DNA from: Escherichia phage vB_EcoM-606R7
Direction: 5' to 3' (one strand)
Length of the DNA stretch: 38,458 nt
Sequence record: ON470580
Shown here: positions 1 through 8,704 of the stretch, piece after piece
Numbering within the stretch: position 1 is the first letter of the stretch
How the letters are laid out: every line of letters starts with the position of its first letter
Position numbers and translations under genes: made by a program
The notes under the pieces: model-generated
What the model was told of the DNA's origin: nothing
Databases searched by the model: none
The model's input: the letters and a program-made list of their open reading frames with translations, nothing else

Positions 1-642
1 TCAGCGACCAATCACCACAACCTGACCACCATCACCTTCATCTGCTGTGCTGATCTCCTGAGATACCACACGTGATCCCACGCGCATTTCACCGTACAGA
101 ACGGGCAGAACATTGCCCTGGGCAACCATATTATCCAGTGAAGAAAAATAGGTGTTCTGTTTGCCGTTATCCGTTGTCTGTGTGCGGGGGGTTTTGGGTT
201 TAGGGGCCAGCATCTGTGCAACACCGCCAAGCGTCATACTGGCACCGAGAGAAAACAGCAGATTACTCGCCATAATTCCTACCCCCGGCATCCATATAGC
301 AACCGCCATAACAGCCGCCCCCAGCACAGCCTGAAACACACCGCCACTTTTGGCTCCTGCCAGACGCGGCACGATATGGATCACAGCACCATTTGCCAGC
401 GGTTCATTAAGACGGGCTGATAATTCCGTTTCACCTGTATCACGCCCGGCAATGCGTACCTGATACCAGCCGTCGCTCAGCTTCTGACGAAACGCCGGGA
501 TCTGCATGGCCAGCGCCCGGATGGCTTCGGCCCCCGTTTTCACACGCAGATCGATGCGGCGGACAAATCGTTGTAAATCCCCGTAAAGGCAGATGCGTGC
601 CATGCCTGGTGACGCCAGAGGGAGTGTGTGCGTCGCTGCCAT
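1..642 (-). CDS. I: Tail assembly protein I (lambda gpI family)
   Basis: 213-aa ORF whose N-terminus (MAATHTLPLASPGMARICLYGDLQRF) and C-terminus (VSQEISTADEGDGGQVVVIGR) match lambda gpI as I recall it; overlaps K as in lambda. Confidence 0.9.
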   Translation of the reverse strand: MAATHTLPLASPGMARICLYGDLQRFVRRIDLRVKTGAEAIRALAMQIPAFRQKLSDGWYQVRIAGRDTGETELSARLNEPLANGAVIHIVPRLAGAKSGGVFQAVLGAAVMAVAIWMPGVGIMASNLLFSLGASMTLGGVAQMLAPKPKTPRTQTTDNGKQNTYFSSLDNMVAQGNVLPVLYGEMRVGSRVVSQEISTADEGDGGQVVVIGR

Positions 643-1252
643 TTGTCGGTATACCTCTCTCGTTTGCTCAGTTGTTCAGGAATATGGTGCAGCAGCTCGC
701 CGTCACCACAGTAAATGGCGGCATGATTCGGCACCGATGAACCAAAACAGCACAGCAGCACATCGCCCGGCTGCGCCGCTGACAACGGCACCTGATATAG
801 CCCTGTGGCCTCCAGATTATCCAGATAGAGATTCTGACCGTGACGCCACCAGTCATCCTCGCGATGAAAATCCGGCATCTCAATCCCCGCCAGATGGTAA
901 GCATCCCGGAACAGCGTGTAACAGTCCGTCACCCCGTGCTCAAAGCGCCGCCCGGTGAGATACGGCACACAGCGGAATTTATGAATCTCCCCACGGCAGA
1001 CCAGCCACCACGGCAAATCACTCTGCACCTGCAGCCGCCGGTCGGCCTCACTCNNNNNNNNNNNNNNNNNNNNNNNNNNNNNNNNNNNNNNNNNNNNNNN
1101 NNNNNNNNNNNNNNNNNNGCCTCCGGCTCACCGGAGATATTCACGCAGGGAAAATATCTGTCCCCCTCCGGCGTTCTCACCACGAAGCCGCACGACTCCG
1201 CTGGCGCACATCGCCGGGCGTGCGCCAGAATCGCTGATTCTGTCTCTGTCAT
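540..1252 (-). CDS. K: Tail assembly protein K (lambda gpK family, NlpC/P60 and JAB-like), interrupted by an N-run
   Basis: Two ORF pieces (929-1327 and 540-1028) flank the N-run and together match recalled lambda gpK (MTETESAILAHARRCAPAESCGFVV ... HAAIYCGDGELLHHIP). ATG at 1250-1252 read from the sequence. Confidence 0.85.
1054..1118. other. Assembly gap (65 N)
   Basis: Run of n characters in the sequence. Confidence 0.99.
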
Positions 1253-1256
1253 GGGT

Positions 1257-1955
1257 TTACTGCGAAAGTTTGTTAATGGAAAGGTAGCCGCCAAAATTGC
1301 CGACGTTATTGCGGAACTTGCAACCACTCAGGCATTTGCTGCACTTATCCTTCGTGATATCGGACGTTGGCTGGTCATATTCATCCGCGACCGCCGGGCC
1401 ATCATAACCGCACTCATCGCCGCGGTAGATCCAGGTGCAGGTGTTGGCCAGCATGATGCGCCCCGGAAAAACAGCGCCATCCGTTTCCGTCGGTGTGGAC
1501 AGCACAAAAGAGGCACTGACCGCGCTCAGTTCGCTGCACTGTTCGATGCGCCAGCGGCTGATCACCTCCTGCTCCGGATCGGCGTCACTGTTTCCGTTGA
1601 CGAAGTTCACCGCATCCAGAAAACGGGCGTAAACCTTACGCCGGACCACCGTTCCGCCGACCAGACTCTGCAGATCTTCCGCCATCCCGGTGACCATGCC
1701 GTACAGATTAGAGACTTTAAGCGTTGGCCTTGCACTGGCTCCTTTGCCGTTCATCTCAAATCCGCTTCCCTGAATGGGATAAGCCTGATACTGCCGCCCC
1801 TGCCAGGTGACTGGTTCACCTTTTTCGTTCTGCTCATTACAGAAGAAATAACGATCTCCGCCGACCTCTGTCAGATCAATTTCCCAGAGCACGACCAGCG
1901 CGGATTGCTCCGTTTTAGTGCACTCATTGAGTGTTTCCTGCTGTATATCCTGCAT
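1257..1955 (-). CDS. L: Minor tail protein L (lambda gpL family)
   Basis: 232-aa ORF, the same length as lambda gpL, in the lambda position between M and K; sequence matches recalled gpL closely. Confidence 0.9.
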   Translation of the reverse strand: MQDIQQETLNECTKTEQSALVVLWEIDLTEVGGDRYFFCNEQNEKGEPVTWQGRQYQAYPIQGSGFEMNGKGASARPTLKVSNLYGMVTGMAEDLQSLVGGTVVRRKVYARFLDAVNFVNGNSDADPEQEVISRWRIEQCSELSAVSASFVLSTPTETDGAVFPGRIMLANTCTWIYRGDECGYDGPAVADEYDQPTSDITKDKCSKCLSGCKFRNNVGNFGGYLSINKLSQ

Positions 1956-2311
1956 CAGTGAGTGACCTCTTCAAAGGTACAGTTAAAATCGGTATACATG
2001 GCATTATCCGAAATGCTCCACTCCCTGCAGACAACCCGGACAGTCCTGTTGTGTTTTGGCGGACGCCACAAAAAAGCACGAATCCCGGCATGACGGGATA
2101 AAAAACTGTCCAGCGCGGCACGGGAATATTCATCTGTGACACGAAATACCGGTTTAAACGTTTTCAGATCCGCATTCAGACCACCAGCCCGTCGCTGTTC
2201 ATATCCGTCACCAAACTTTACCGTAATAACTGATGGCTTTCGTGTCGTCTCCATCCCCTCACGGGGGATCCAGTTAAAAACTTCAGGCTCAGGCACTGTA
2301 CAATCCTCCAT
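1955..2311 (-). CDS. M: Minor tail protein M (lambda gpM family)
   Basis: ORF aligns with recalled lambda gpM (VRFGDGYSQR versus VKFGDGYEQR). Start placed at the MEDCTVPEP methionine; an alternative start is at 2254. Confidence 0.75.
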   Translation of the reverse strand: MEDCTVPEPEVFNWIPREGMETTRKPSVITVKFGDGYEQRRAGGLNADLKTFKPVFRVTDEYSRAALDSFLSRHAGIRAFLWRPPKHNRTVRVVCREWSISDNAMYTDFNCTFEEVTH

Positions 2312-5300
2312 CCCGACGCGATGACTGCATAATTGACACAACCCTGCTGTCGATCAGATCCACCAGTCCCCTGGCTGAGCGCGCATCTATCTCGCCATTG
2401 CTCCCTTGATTCTGAATGCTGATGTGATACACGGGAGAATAAACAAATCCACCACCACCATTCACATTTCCAATGGCCCTGACCCCAAGAGAGCCGTCCG
2501 CTGCCCGTGTCAGTGGCATGATTGCTTCAGGCCCGGCCTCGCCCATCAACCCGGCACCTTTCGCAAAAGCAAAATACGTCGGTGTATCCACAATAGTGTT
2601 ACTGTAAGCACTCAGATTTGCCGATGTGTAAACACCACCTTTTGCGTTTGCCACTGCCCCCGAAATCCATCCGCCGACCGTACCAAGCCACCCTCCGGCA
2701 CCGGAGAGTGATTTCAGTCCGTTAACAATGGCTGCATTCATCAGAATTTTTGAAACTTCCCGGAGAACTGAACTCCCCCAGTTCCTCCAGTCCACAACAT
2801 TCCCGGCCAGTGCATCGGAAATATTTGATACCAGCCCGTCCATCGTGGAAACGACAGCATCTGCCGCCTGTGAAGCATAATCGGTGGCACTGTCTGCCCA
2901 GTTGGTCAGTCCCTCCTGGAGTCCGGCATTCCAGTTATTACGTAAAGCATCGGCCTTTGCATAATAATCCTGCTGATCGCTGAGACGCTCTTCCAGATAT
3001 TTTTTATTCAGTTCTTTCTCCTGTTTCCACAGGGCTTCTTCAATTTCTCCGGCCTGATACTGTCTCAGCAGCTCGTTATTTTTCTGCTCAAACGCCTGCC
3101 GGATACTCCACATTTCCTGGAGTCGTTCACGCATCCGTGAGCCTTCACCATATCCCAGCAACTGCGCTTCGTCAGATGCCCGGGCACTGGCATTACTGTC
3201 CGCCAGACTGCTCTCATACGCAGCAAGCTGCTCACGAATCTTTTTCTGGTCGATGAGTGCTGCATTCTGCAAAAGCGTTTTTTTCTGCGCTTCTGACAGG
3301 GTTGATAATTCGCCCTGACTGACCTGATATTTCATCTTAGCCAGTTCAGTATTCTGCCCTGCCAGTGCTATTTGTTCTTTTTGCTGTTTAATCAGCCGTT
3401 TATAAATATCTTCTGTTTTTTCCGCTTCGGTCTTTTTATACGCTTTGGGTTTATTTGCCTGGTTATTTCGCCAGGCATCCAGTGAGTTATTGATATAATT
3501 CTGTCTGGCTGTCTGATACGCCTCTCCCACAAAGCCGAGATCATCCGCAGCATAACCCAGGCGGGCACGCTCACGGGCTTCCCCCTTCAGGCGGGACAGA
3601 GCCAGTTCGCGCTCGCTGTTATTCAGTGCGGTCTGCTGTTTATCATCCAGGGTTGCCTGTGGTAGCCGTAACGGTACATTCACCAGCCCCTGTCGCTGCA
3701 GAAGTAATTCATTACCGAGCCCGAGAAGGCGATTAAACTCGGTATGCTGCCCATTCATGATCAACAGGGACTGATACGCTTTGTTTTGTTCCGCGGCCTG
3801 TTGACGGATCAACGCCACCCGTCGCTCCTCCAGCCCGGCAAGCACATCCTGAATGGATTGCGCTTTGCCCTGCATTTGTGTGAGACGGGACTGTTCAACT
3901 GCCAGTTGATTTGTTGCTTCTGCAAGCCCTTCTGTGACAGTTTTTACCGACGTCATGTGGTTAATCATAAAACCGTTATCGGTTGTCCAGCCCGGGTTTG
4001 CCAGCACATACTGATAGCCAGCAATTTTTTCCTGTAAGGATTTAATCTTACTTTTCTGCTCGTCAATTAACCTGTTTTGCTCATCAAGTGCCTGCCGCGT
4101 CTTTTCCTCATTATCTGACGCTTCAGGAAGCGACATTGCCGACGTTTTCTGGCGAATTTCGTCGATTGTTGCGGCATACTGGCGTGCAGATTCTCTGGCC
4201 TGCTCCTGATTCTGATACATCGTGTACCAGGCCGTCGCCCCCAGCATGACGAGTCCCGGCACACCACCAACCAACCCCAGCGCACCACTTAACAGACGAC
4301 TCCCCACTGACGTGACAGTATTCAGCGTTGTCTGTGCAGCTGTTCTGGCCGCAATATTACGGGTAAGTGACGCCTGGGCAGCTGTCAGCTTCGCTTCTGC
4401 TGCGGCCTGCCTTTCGGTACCGCGAGCAGCAACAACCGCCTGTTGCGCACGATAAACCGCCGCACGCGCCCTGGCGGTTGCTATCTGTGTCCCCCGAAGT
4501 TGCGCTTCAGCAAGAGCCACTTCGTTTCTGGCTGCAGTAATTAATCCGGCAGTTGCAGATCCAGCAGACGACGCCATATTGCCAAAATATCGGGCTACCC
4601 CGACGGCAACCAGTGCGCCAGCTGCAGCAGCCACGGTATCAATATTGTCTGCAACACCATTCAACACCCCGGTGAGTGTCTTTGTCACTCCGCTTGCCTC
4701 GTTCGCACCACCAACCCAGGCCATAAAGGCGTTTTCAACTTTGGTTGCAGAGGATGAAACAGTATCAGGCATTGCTGCATATTCATCACGCAACGCCCCA
4801 AGCTGACTAATCAGTGCAGGAACAACCTTATCGGCGGTCAGTTTTCCGTTATCCGCCATGGCCTTCAGATCCTTACGGGCAACACCCATTCCCGCAGCCA
4901 GCGCACGAATAACACGATCGCCGTTCTCATTCACAGAGTTAAATTCTTCACCGCGCAGCACTCCCTGCGCCAGTGCCTGACTGAACTGCGTGATCACCGA
5001 ACTGGCTTCTGCTGTACTGGCACCGGATAATTTCAGGCCCGTGGAGATCGCCTCGGTGACTTTCAGTACCTCCTCAGAACTGTAGCCATACTCCCGCATG
5101 GAAGCTGCAGAGCGGGCAAAAAGGCTGGCGTTATCAGAAAACGCCGTTCCCGTTCTCTGGCTGATTGCCATTAATTCACGTTGTGATACCTGAAAATCAT
5201 CACTGGACTGTGAAGCCTGCTTCAGACGGGCATTTACTGAATTCCACTCATCGGCGAGAGAAATAAGATGACCGGTAGCAAAAGCTCCGGCAAATGCCCC

Positions 5301-5522
5301 CGCCATATTCAGTGCCGAAGATTTAGCTGTATTTATCTGATCCGTCACTTCTGCCAGTGCACGCCGCATTTCACGGGATGCAGCAGCGGACTGCCGGCCT
5401 CCGTTCTGCATGGTACGGTAGTAATCCTGCCCCATACGCGAAGCCCGGGAGATCTCTGACTGGAATGACCGGGAATTTGCCGAGATTTTAATAATCAGTT
5501 CACGTAATGTCGCCACACTCAT
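2289..5522 (-). CDS. Tail tape measure protein (gpH analogue)
   Basis: 1077-aa ORF, Ala/Gln-rich and coiled-coil-like, in the position between G/T and M; its C-terminal region resembles the lambda H C-terminal region. RBS GGAG precedes the ATG at 5522. Confidence 0.85.
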   Translation of the reverse strand: MSVATLRELIIKISANSRSFQSEISRASRMGQDYYRTMQNGGRQSAAASREMRRALAEVTDQINTAKSSALNMAGAFAGAFATGHLISLADEWNSVNARLKQASQSSDDFQVSQRELMAISQRTGTAFSDNASLFARSAASMREYGYSSEEVLKVTEAISTGLKLSGASTAEASSVITQFSQALAQGVLRGEEFNSVNENGDRVIRALAAGMGVARKDLKAMADNGKLTADKVVPALISQLGALRDEYAAMPDTVSSSATKVENAFMAWVGGANEASGVTKTLTGVLNGVADNIDTVAAAAGALVAVGVARYFGNMASSAGSATAGLITAARNEVALAEAQLRGTQIATARARAAVYRAQQAVVAARGTERQAAAEAKLTAAQASLTRNIAARTAAQTTLNTVTSVGSRLLSGALGLVGGVPGLVMLGATAWYTMYQNQEQARESARQYAATIDEIRQKTSAMSLPEASDNEEKTRQALDEQNRLIDEQKSKIKSLQEKIAGYQYVLANPGWTTDNGFMINHMTSVKTVTEGLAEATNQLAVEQSRLTQMQGKAQSIQDVLAGLEERRVALIRQQAAEQNKAYQSLLIMNGQHTEFNRLLGLGNELLLQRQGLVNVPLRLPQATLDDKQQTALNNSERELALSRLKGEARERARLGYAADDLGFVGEAYQTARQNYINNSLDAWRNNQANKPKAYKKTEAEKTEDIYKRLIKQQKEQIALAGQNTELAKMKYQVSQGELSTLSEAQKKTLLQNAALIDQKKIREQLAAYESSLADSNASARASDEAQLLGYGEGSRMRERLQEMWSIRQAFEQKNNELLRQYQAGEIEEALWKQEKELNKKYLEERLSDQQDYYAKADALRNNWNAGLQEGLTNWADSATDYASQAADAVVSTMDGLVSNISDALAGNVVDWRNWGSSVLREVSKILMNAAIVNGLKSLSGAGGWLGTVGGWISGAVANAKGGVYTSANLSAYSNTIVDTPTYFAFAKGAGLMGEAGPEAIMPLTRAADGSLGVRAIGNVNGGGGFVYSPVYHISIQNQGSNGEIDARSARGLVDLIDSRVVSIMQSSRRDGGLYSA

Positions 5523-5532
5523 TCTCCGGACG

Positions 5533-5554
5533 AAAAAAAACCGCCGAAGCGGTT
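5533..5554 (-). terminator. Terminator-like hairpin (UUCG tetraloop plus U8) in the T-H spacer
   Basis: Minus-strand RNA reads AACCGC-UUCG-GCGGUU followed by eight U, directly upstream of the tape-measure RBS. Confidence 0.4.
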
Positions 5555-5562
5555 ATGTTGAC

Positions 5563-5853
5563 TCACTGAGACACTATTAAAAGCGCGTTTTCCAGTCCGG
5601 CAAATGGATCTGATACGCCTTCTGTCTGCTCCTTCTCCCACTGAAGAAGCGCATCATTCAGTGGCACTTTGACCCCCTGCGCACCGTAAACAGCTGAAAC
5701 AATCTGGGCAGCCCGGATATCAGCCCGTTCGTCCCCCAGCGGACTGAACCTGTCAAATTCTGCCCACATCATGATTTCTGATGCTGACATTTCCCGGCGT
5801 AACTGTGACAATGTGCGCCCCATCCTGAGCGCCAGCATCATCAGAAAACGCAT
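5563..5853 (-). CDS. T: Tail assembly chaperone T segment (expressed as a G-T fusion by -1 frameshift)
   Basis: 96-aa ORF with the Phage_tail_T-like motif MLALRMGRTL...SEIMMWAEF; its frame is entered from G at the slippery site 5868-5876. Confidence 0.7.
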   Translation of the reverse strand: MRFLMMLALRMGRTLSQLRREMSASEIMMWAEFDRFSPLGDERADIRAAQIVSAVYGAQGVKVPLNDALLQWEKEQTEGVSDPFAGLENALLIVSQ

Positions 5854-5864
5854 CCCCGGAAGCG

Positions 5865-6251
5865 CTACTTTTTTTTAACCTCGCCGGCATCACTGATCAG
5901 TTCCAGAGACTGCCGAAGAAGCCGCGCATGCACCGGACCATACACGGCAATCACCTGTTCACGATCATCCTCTGAAAATACAGGTTGCAGTCCGGTATCA
6001 CACAGAACATCAATGAACAGTTCAACATCTGCCTCCAGATTTCGGCGGGCGCGCTCCGCAACGGATAACGGTGTCTCATCATCTTTTGCTTTAACGATCT
6101 CCTGCCAGCGCAACCAGGCTTCTGCAGAAGGTTCCCGTAATACAACCGTTGCTCCCTCCCATTCATGCACATCAACAGTTTTATGGCGAAACCCCGACAT
6201 CGTTGCCAGTGCCAGATTGCGGATATTTTTAGTCATCACATCTATCCTCAT
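5865..6251 (-). CDS. G: Tail assembly chaperone G
   Basis: 128-aa ORF between the major tail gene and the tape measure, ending GEVKKK-stop on a slippery A-run. Confidence 0.75.
   Translation of the reverse strand: MRIDVMTKNIRNLALATMSGFRHKTVDVHEWEGATVVLREPSAEAWLRWQEIVKAKDDETPLSVAERARRNLEADVELFIDVLCDTGLQPVFSEDDREQVIAVYGPVHARLLRQSLELISDAGEVKKK
5868..5876 (-). promoter_or_regulatory. Programmed -1 ribosomal frameshift site (A AAA AAG) for the G-T fusion
   Basis: mRNA reads GTT AAA AAA AAG TAG; slipping one base back at A AAA AAG continues as K-V-A-L-P-G-M-R-F-L into the T frame. The T frame has a TAA just upstream, so it can only be entered by the shift. Confidence 0.65.
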
Positions 6252-6958
6252 TAACTGACGGTAACAGTGCAGGAAGTGGAGGTCACCTTGTTAACAGGGC
6301 TTGCTGAATCAGAAATCTCGCAGGTATACGCACCGGCATCACCTGATGCTGCTGATGCCTTACTGAATGTTGCCGCCGTCTGTCCGGAAACAGGAGAACT
6401 ACCTTTCTTCCAGACATAAGAATAAGGCGGCACACCACCGGCAGCCTCAACCACCATTTCGAGTTTCGCTCCGGCAGAAACCTGCAGCGTGCTGTTTAAA
6501 TCGACCTTCACTTTCAGCGGCTCTGTCGTCAGCACAGGTTTACCTTTCAGGCGCAGGGAAAACGTTGCAGCCACAACACCATTGGTTCCTGCAGACCAGG
6601 TATGCTGACGCACCTCTGCCATAAAGGTAAATCCGTTTCCTGACGGAAAAATAACTTTAAAGCCATACGTGGTGTCATTGTCATAGGCACTGCGCAACGC
6701 GTTCTGGGCAGCATTGAGGTAAAAGTTGCCTGACATGGAAATCTCTGACGCGGCACCAAGACCGTTAATATTTTCCTGCTCAACAGAACACAGCGTGGTG
6801 ACATCAATATCCTGCTTTTGTCCTGCGGTAAACTGCACCTCTTTGATTGTACAGCTCAGACCAAGATAGCTGGCAGAATCCAGGGTTTCTGCTGTTACCG
6901 GTGCAGACGAAATCATAATTTTCGTCAGTTGCGAACGCTCAAAATTAGAGGACATACT
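6251..6958 (-). CDS. Major tail protein (gpV analogue)
   Basis: Position directly upstream of G/G-T; Ser/Thr/Gly-rich C-terminal region resembling an Ig-like domain. Start taken at MSSNFE behind RBS AGGAGA; the ORF track extends to 7006. Confidence 0.75.
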   Translation of the reverse strand, partial: SMSSNFERSQLTKIMISSAPVTAETLDSASYLGLSCTIKEVQFTAGQKQDIDVTTLCSVEQENINGLGAASEISMSGNFYLNAAQNALRSAYDNDTTYGFKVIFPSGNGFTFMAEVRQHTWSAGTNGVVAATFSLRLKGKPVLTTEPLKVKVDLNSTLQVSAGAKLEMVVEAAGGVPPYSYVWKKGSSPVSGQTAATFSKASAASGDAGAYTCEISDSASPVNKVTSTSCTVTVS

Positions 6959-6972
6959 CGTCTCCTGAAAAT

Positions 6973-6993
6973 AAAAAACCCGCCAGCGGCGGG
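6973..6993 (-). terminator. Hairpin plus U-tract immediately upstream of the major tail gene RBS
   Basis: Minus-strand RNA reads CCCGCC-GCU-GGCGGG followed by UUUUUU, about 15 nt before RBS AGGAGA. Confidence 0.35.
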
Positions 6994-7014
6994 TGGGTAA
7001 AATCATTAACGACC

Positions 7015-7359
7015 TCAGGCTATTACCTGAAATTCAAGCGTGGCTCTGCTCAGACGGGAATCAGGATCATAACCCTGAGTTTTAGAAATAACGGAGGGTG
7101 CAAGTTGCCTTACCGCATCAAGCGCCTGCTCACGGATATCATCTGCGTCATCAGGTACTGTTGCCCAGACATCGATCTGCACGGTAATTCTGGATTCAGC
7201 CTGACCATCAAGCACATCAGACGCAGTGTCAGACACCACAGAAAATACCAGCCATGGCGGAGATACCGCAGGCTTTCCCTCCGTCAGCGGGACCACATAA
7301 GGATAAACCTGTCCTCCGGCCAGTTGAGACAGCAGGGAATACAGTGTGGTCTCTCTCAT
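7015..7359 (-). CDS. Putative tail terminator (gpU-like position)
   Basis: 114-aa ORF directly upstream of the major tail gene; assignment by position only. Confidence 0.45.
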   Translation of the reverse strand: MRETTLYSLLSQLAGGQVYPYVVPLTEGKPAVSPPWLVFSVVSDTASDVLDGQAESRITVQIDVWATVPDDADDIREQALDAVRQLAPSVISKTQGYDPDSRLSRATLEFQVIA

Positions 7360-7805
7360 TTACTTAAGACCTCATCAATAGCCTGATTCATTCGCTGTAT
7401 GGCAATCTGTGCTGCCAGTTCCTCTGTCGTATCGAAAGCCGGGCGAATGAACGGATGCGCGGGCATGTTTATCGTTCCCAGCTCCACAAAGCGCCAGTAA
7501 AACGCATTTCGGGGATCACTGGCTTTCATGCTGTTATCACTGTTTCCGGTCCGCAGGTTCCGTCCACGAATGTGGACACCCGAGATAATTTCCCCCCGAC
7601 GCTTTGAACGCTGAGTGAGAACAACCACATTTTTCTTCAGTTTCCCGGTTCGCTCCGGCGCACGTTCAACAACTGCATCCCGCATAACTTCAGCACCGGC
7701 ACGGGTGGCATCGCGCAGTACCTTATTGTTTTCTGCCCTGCTGAGCGTCTCCAGATCCCGTGCAATATCCGCCAGACCTGAAAAATCAAGACTGAAATCC
7801 ATCAC
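7356..7805 (-). CDS. HK97 gp10-family tail completion protein
   Basis: 149-aa ORF starting MMDFSLDFSGL, typical of the HK97 gp10 family as I recall it; sits between the adaptor and the tail terminator. Confidence 0.6.
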   Translation of the reverse strand: MMDFSLDFSGLADIARDLETLSRAENNKVLRDATRAGAEVMRDAVVERAPERTGKLKKNVVVLTQRSKRRGEIISGVHIRGRNLRTGNSDNSMKASDPRNAFYWRFVELGTINMPAHPFIRPAFDTTEELAAQIAIQRMNQAIDEVLSK

Positions 7806-8140
7806 ACATTCCCCTTCTGAGAACAGAGTATCTCAAGCCGTGTGGCACGAGCATCCGGTATCGGCGGACCGTCTATACTCAGAATCGCGCCTTTGAATGC
7901 ACCAGTCAGCACTTTCAGACATGAAGTTGCTGTTACATCTCGCCGGAATCTCATCCAGACCCTCACTGTAGCCTGAGCAGTTTCTGCGCCTCCGGATATT
8001 CTCTCCCTGCCACTGATCCCCTTAACTTCTGCCCATATGGTTGCCCCCTCCGTCATTGTTTCCACAGGGTGCCCTGACGGAGACCGAACGGTGGTGGCAT
8101 TCAGAATAACCACACGATCACGTAATCTTCCTGCCTGCAT
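7802..8140 (-). CDS. Head-tail adaptor / head closure protein
   Basis: 112-aa ORF in the head-tail joining block; resembles the SPP1 gp16/HK97 gp9 adaptor family (recalled). Confidence 0.55.
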   Translation of the reverse strand: MQAGRLRDRVVILNATTVRSPSGHPVETMTEGATIWAEVKGISGRERISGGAETAQATVRVWMRFRRDVTATSCLKVLTGAFKGAILSIDGPPIPDARATRLEILCSQKGNV

Positions 8141-8148
8141 GAATCCTC

Positions 8149-8454
8149 CTATGTTCCGGGATGAAATCGATACATCCGCAGTCCGGTATAGAAAAAATCA
8201 GGCACTGCATCCTGCATTTCCCTGTTCTCGTACCAGTAGCCAACCAGTTGCATAAGACGCAGTTTTATCAGAGGTGTTATTACAAGCCCGGTCGTATCCT
8301 GCTCAGAAACAGTTTCATCGTAAAGCGTCCGGTTTAAAAACTTTTCAGCCTCTTCCCTGGCAGCAGCCAGATACATCATAAGAAGAGAATTCTCCTGTTC
8401 ATTGTCATCATCAATCCGGCACTGAACACGAAGCTCTTCCAGAGTGGGCATCAT
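8149..8454 (-). CDS. Head-tail connector protein (gp6-like)
   Basis: 101-aa acidic ORF following the capsid gene. Confidence 0.5.
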   Translation of the reverse strand: MMPTLEELRVQCRIDDDNEQENSLLMMYLAAAREEAEKFLNRTLYDETVSEQDTTGLVITPLIKLRLMQLVGYWYENREMQDAVPDFFYTGLRMYRFHPGT

Positions 8455-8465
8455 TTGGGCAACCT

Positions 8466-8654
8466 CTATGAATGCTGTTTTTTAGACTTATCAGCCCCCC
8501 GCGCAACAGGTGTTCTCTTATCAGAGACAATCCCAGCTGCAGTGGCAATTTCGCGTACCCGTTCGGGTAATTCTTTATCTTCATACTCACCGGCCCGAAT
8601 AATCTCAACACGCATACCGTCCGGTGACCATTTCAGATCTTGTTTCAGGATCAT
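8466..8654 (-). CDS. Hypothetical small protein between capsid and connector
   Basis: 62-aa ORF in the correct orientation in a tight spacer; no family recognised. Confidence 0.4.
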   Translation of the reverse strand: MILKQDLKWSPDGMRVEIIRAGEYEDKELPERVREIATAAGIVSDKRTPVARGADKSKKQHS

Positions 8655-8704
8655 GATTCTTTCACCTGTCAGAACAGGGGCGCACTTCTGCGCCCCCTGA
8701 ATGA

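Noticed and set aside
593-1961. Plus-strand ORFs of 121 and 373 aa opposite the K and L tail genes
   Set aside because: They are antisense to near-lambda-identical tail genes, and the longer one runs through the N-run; frame-shadow artefacts.
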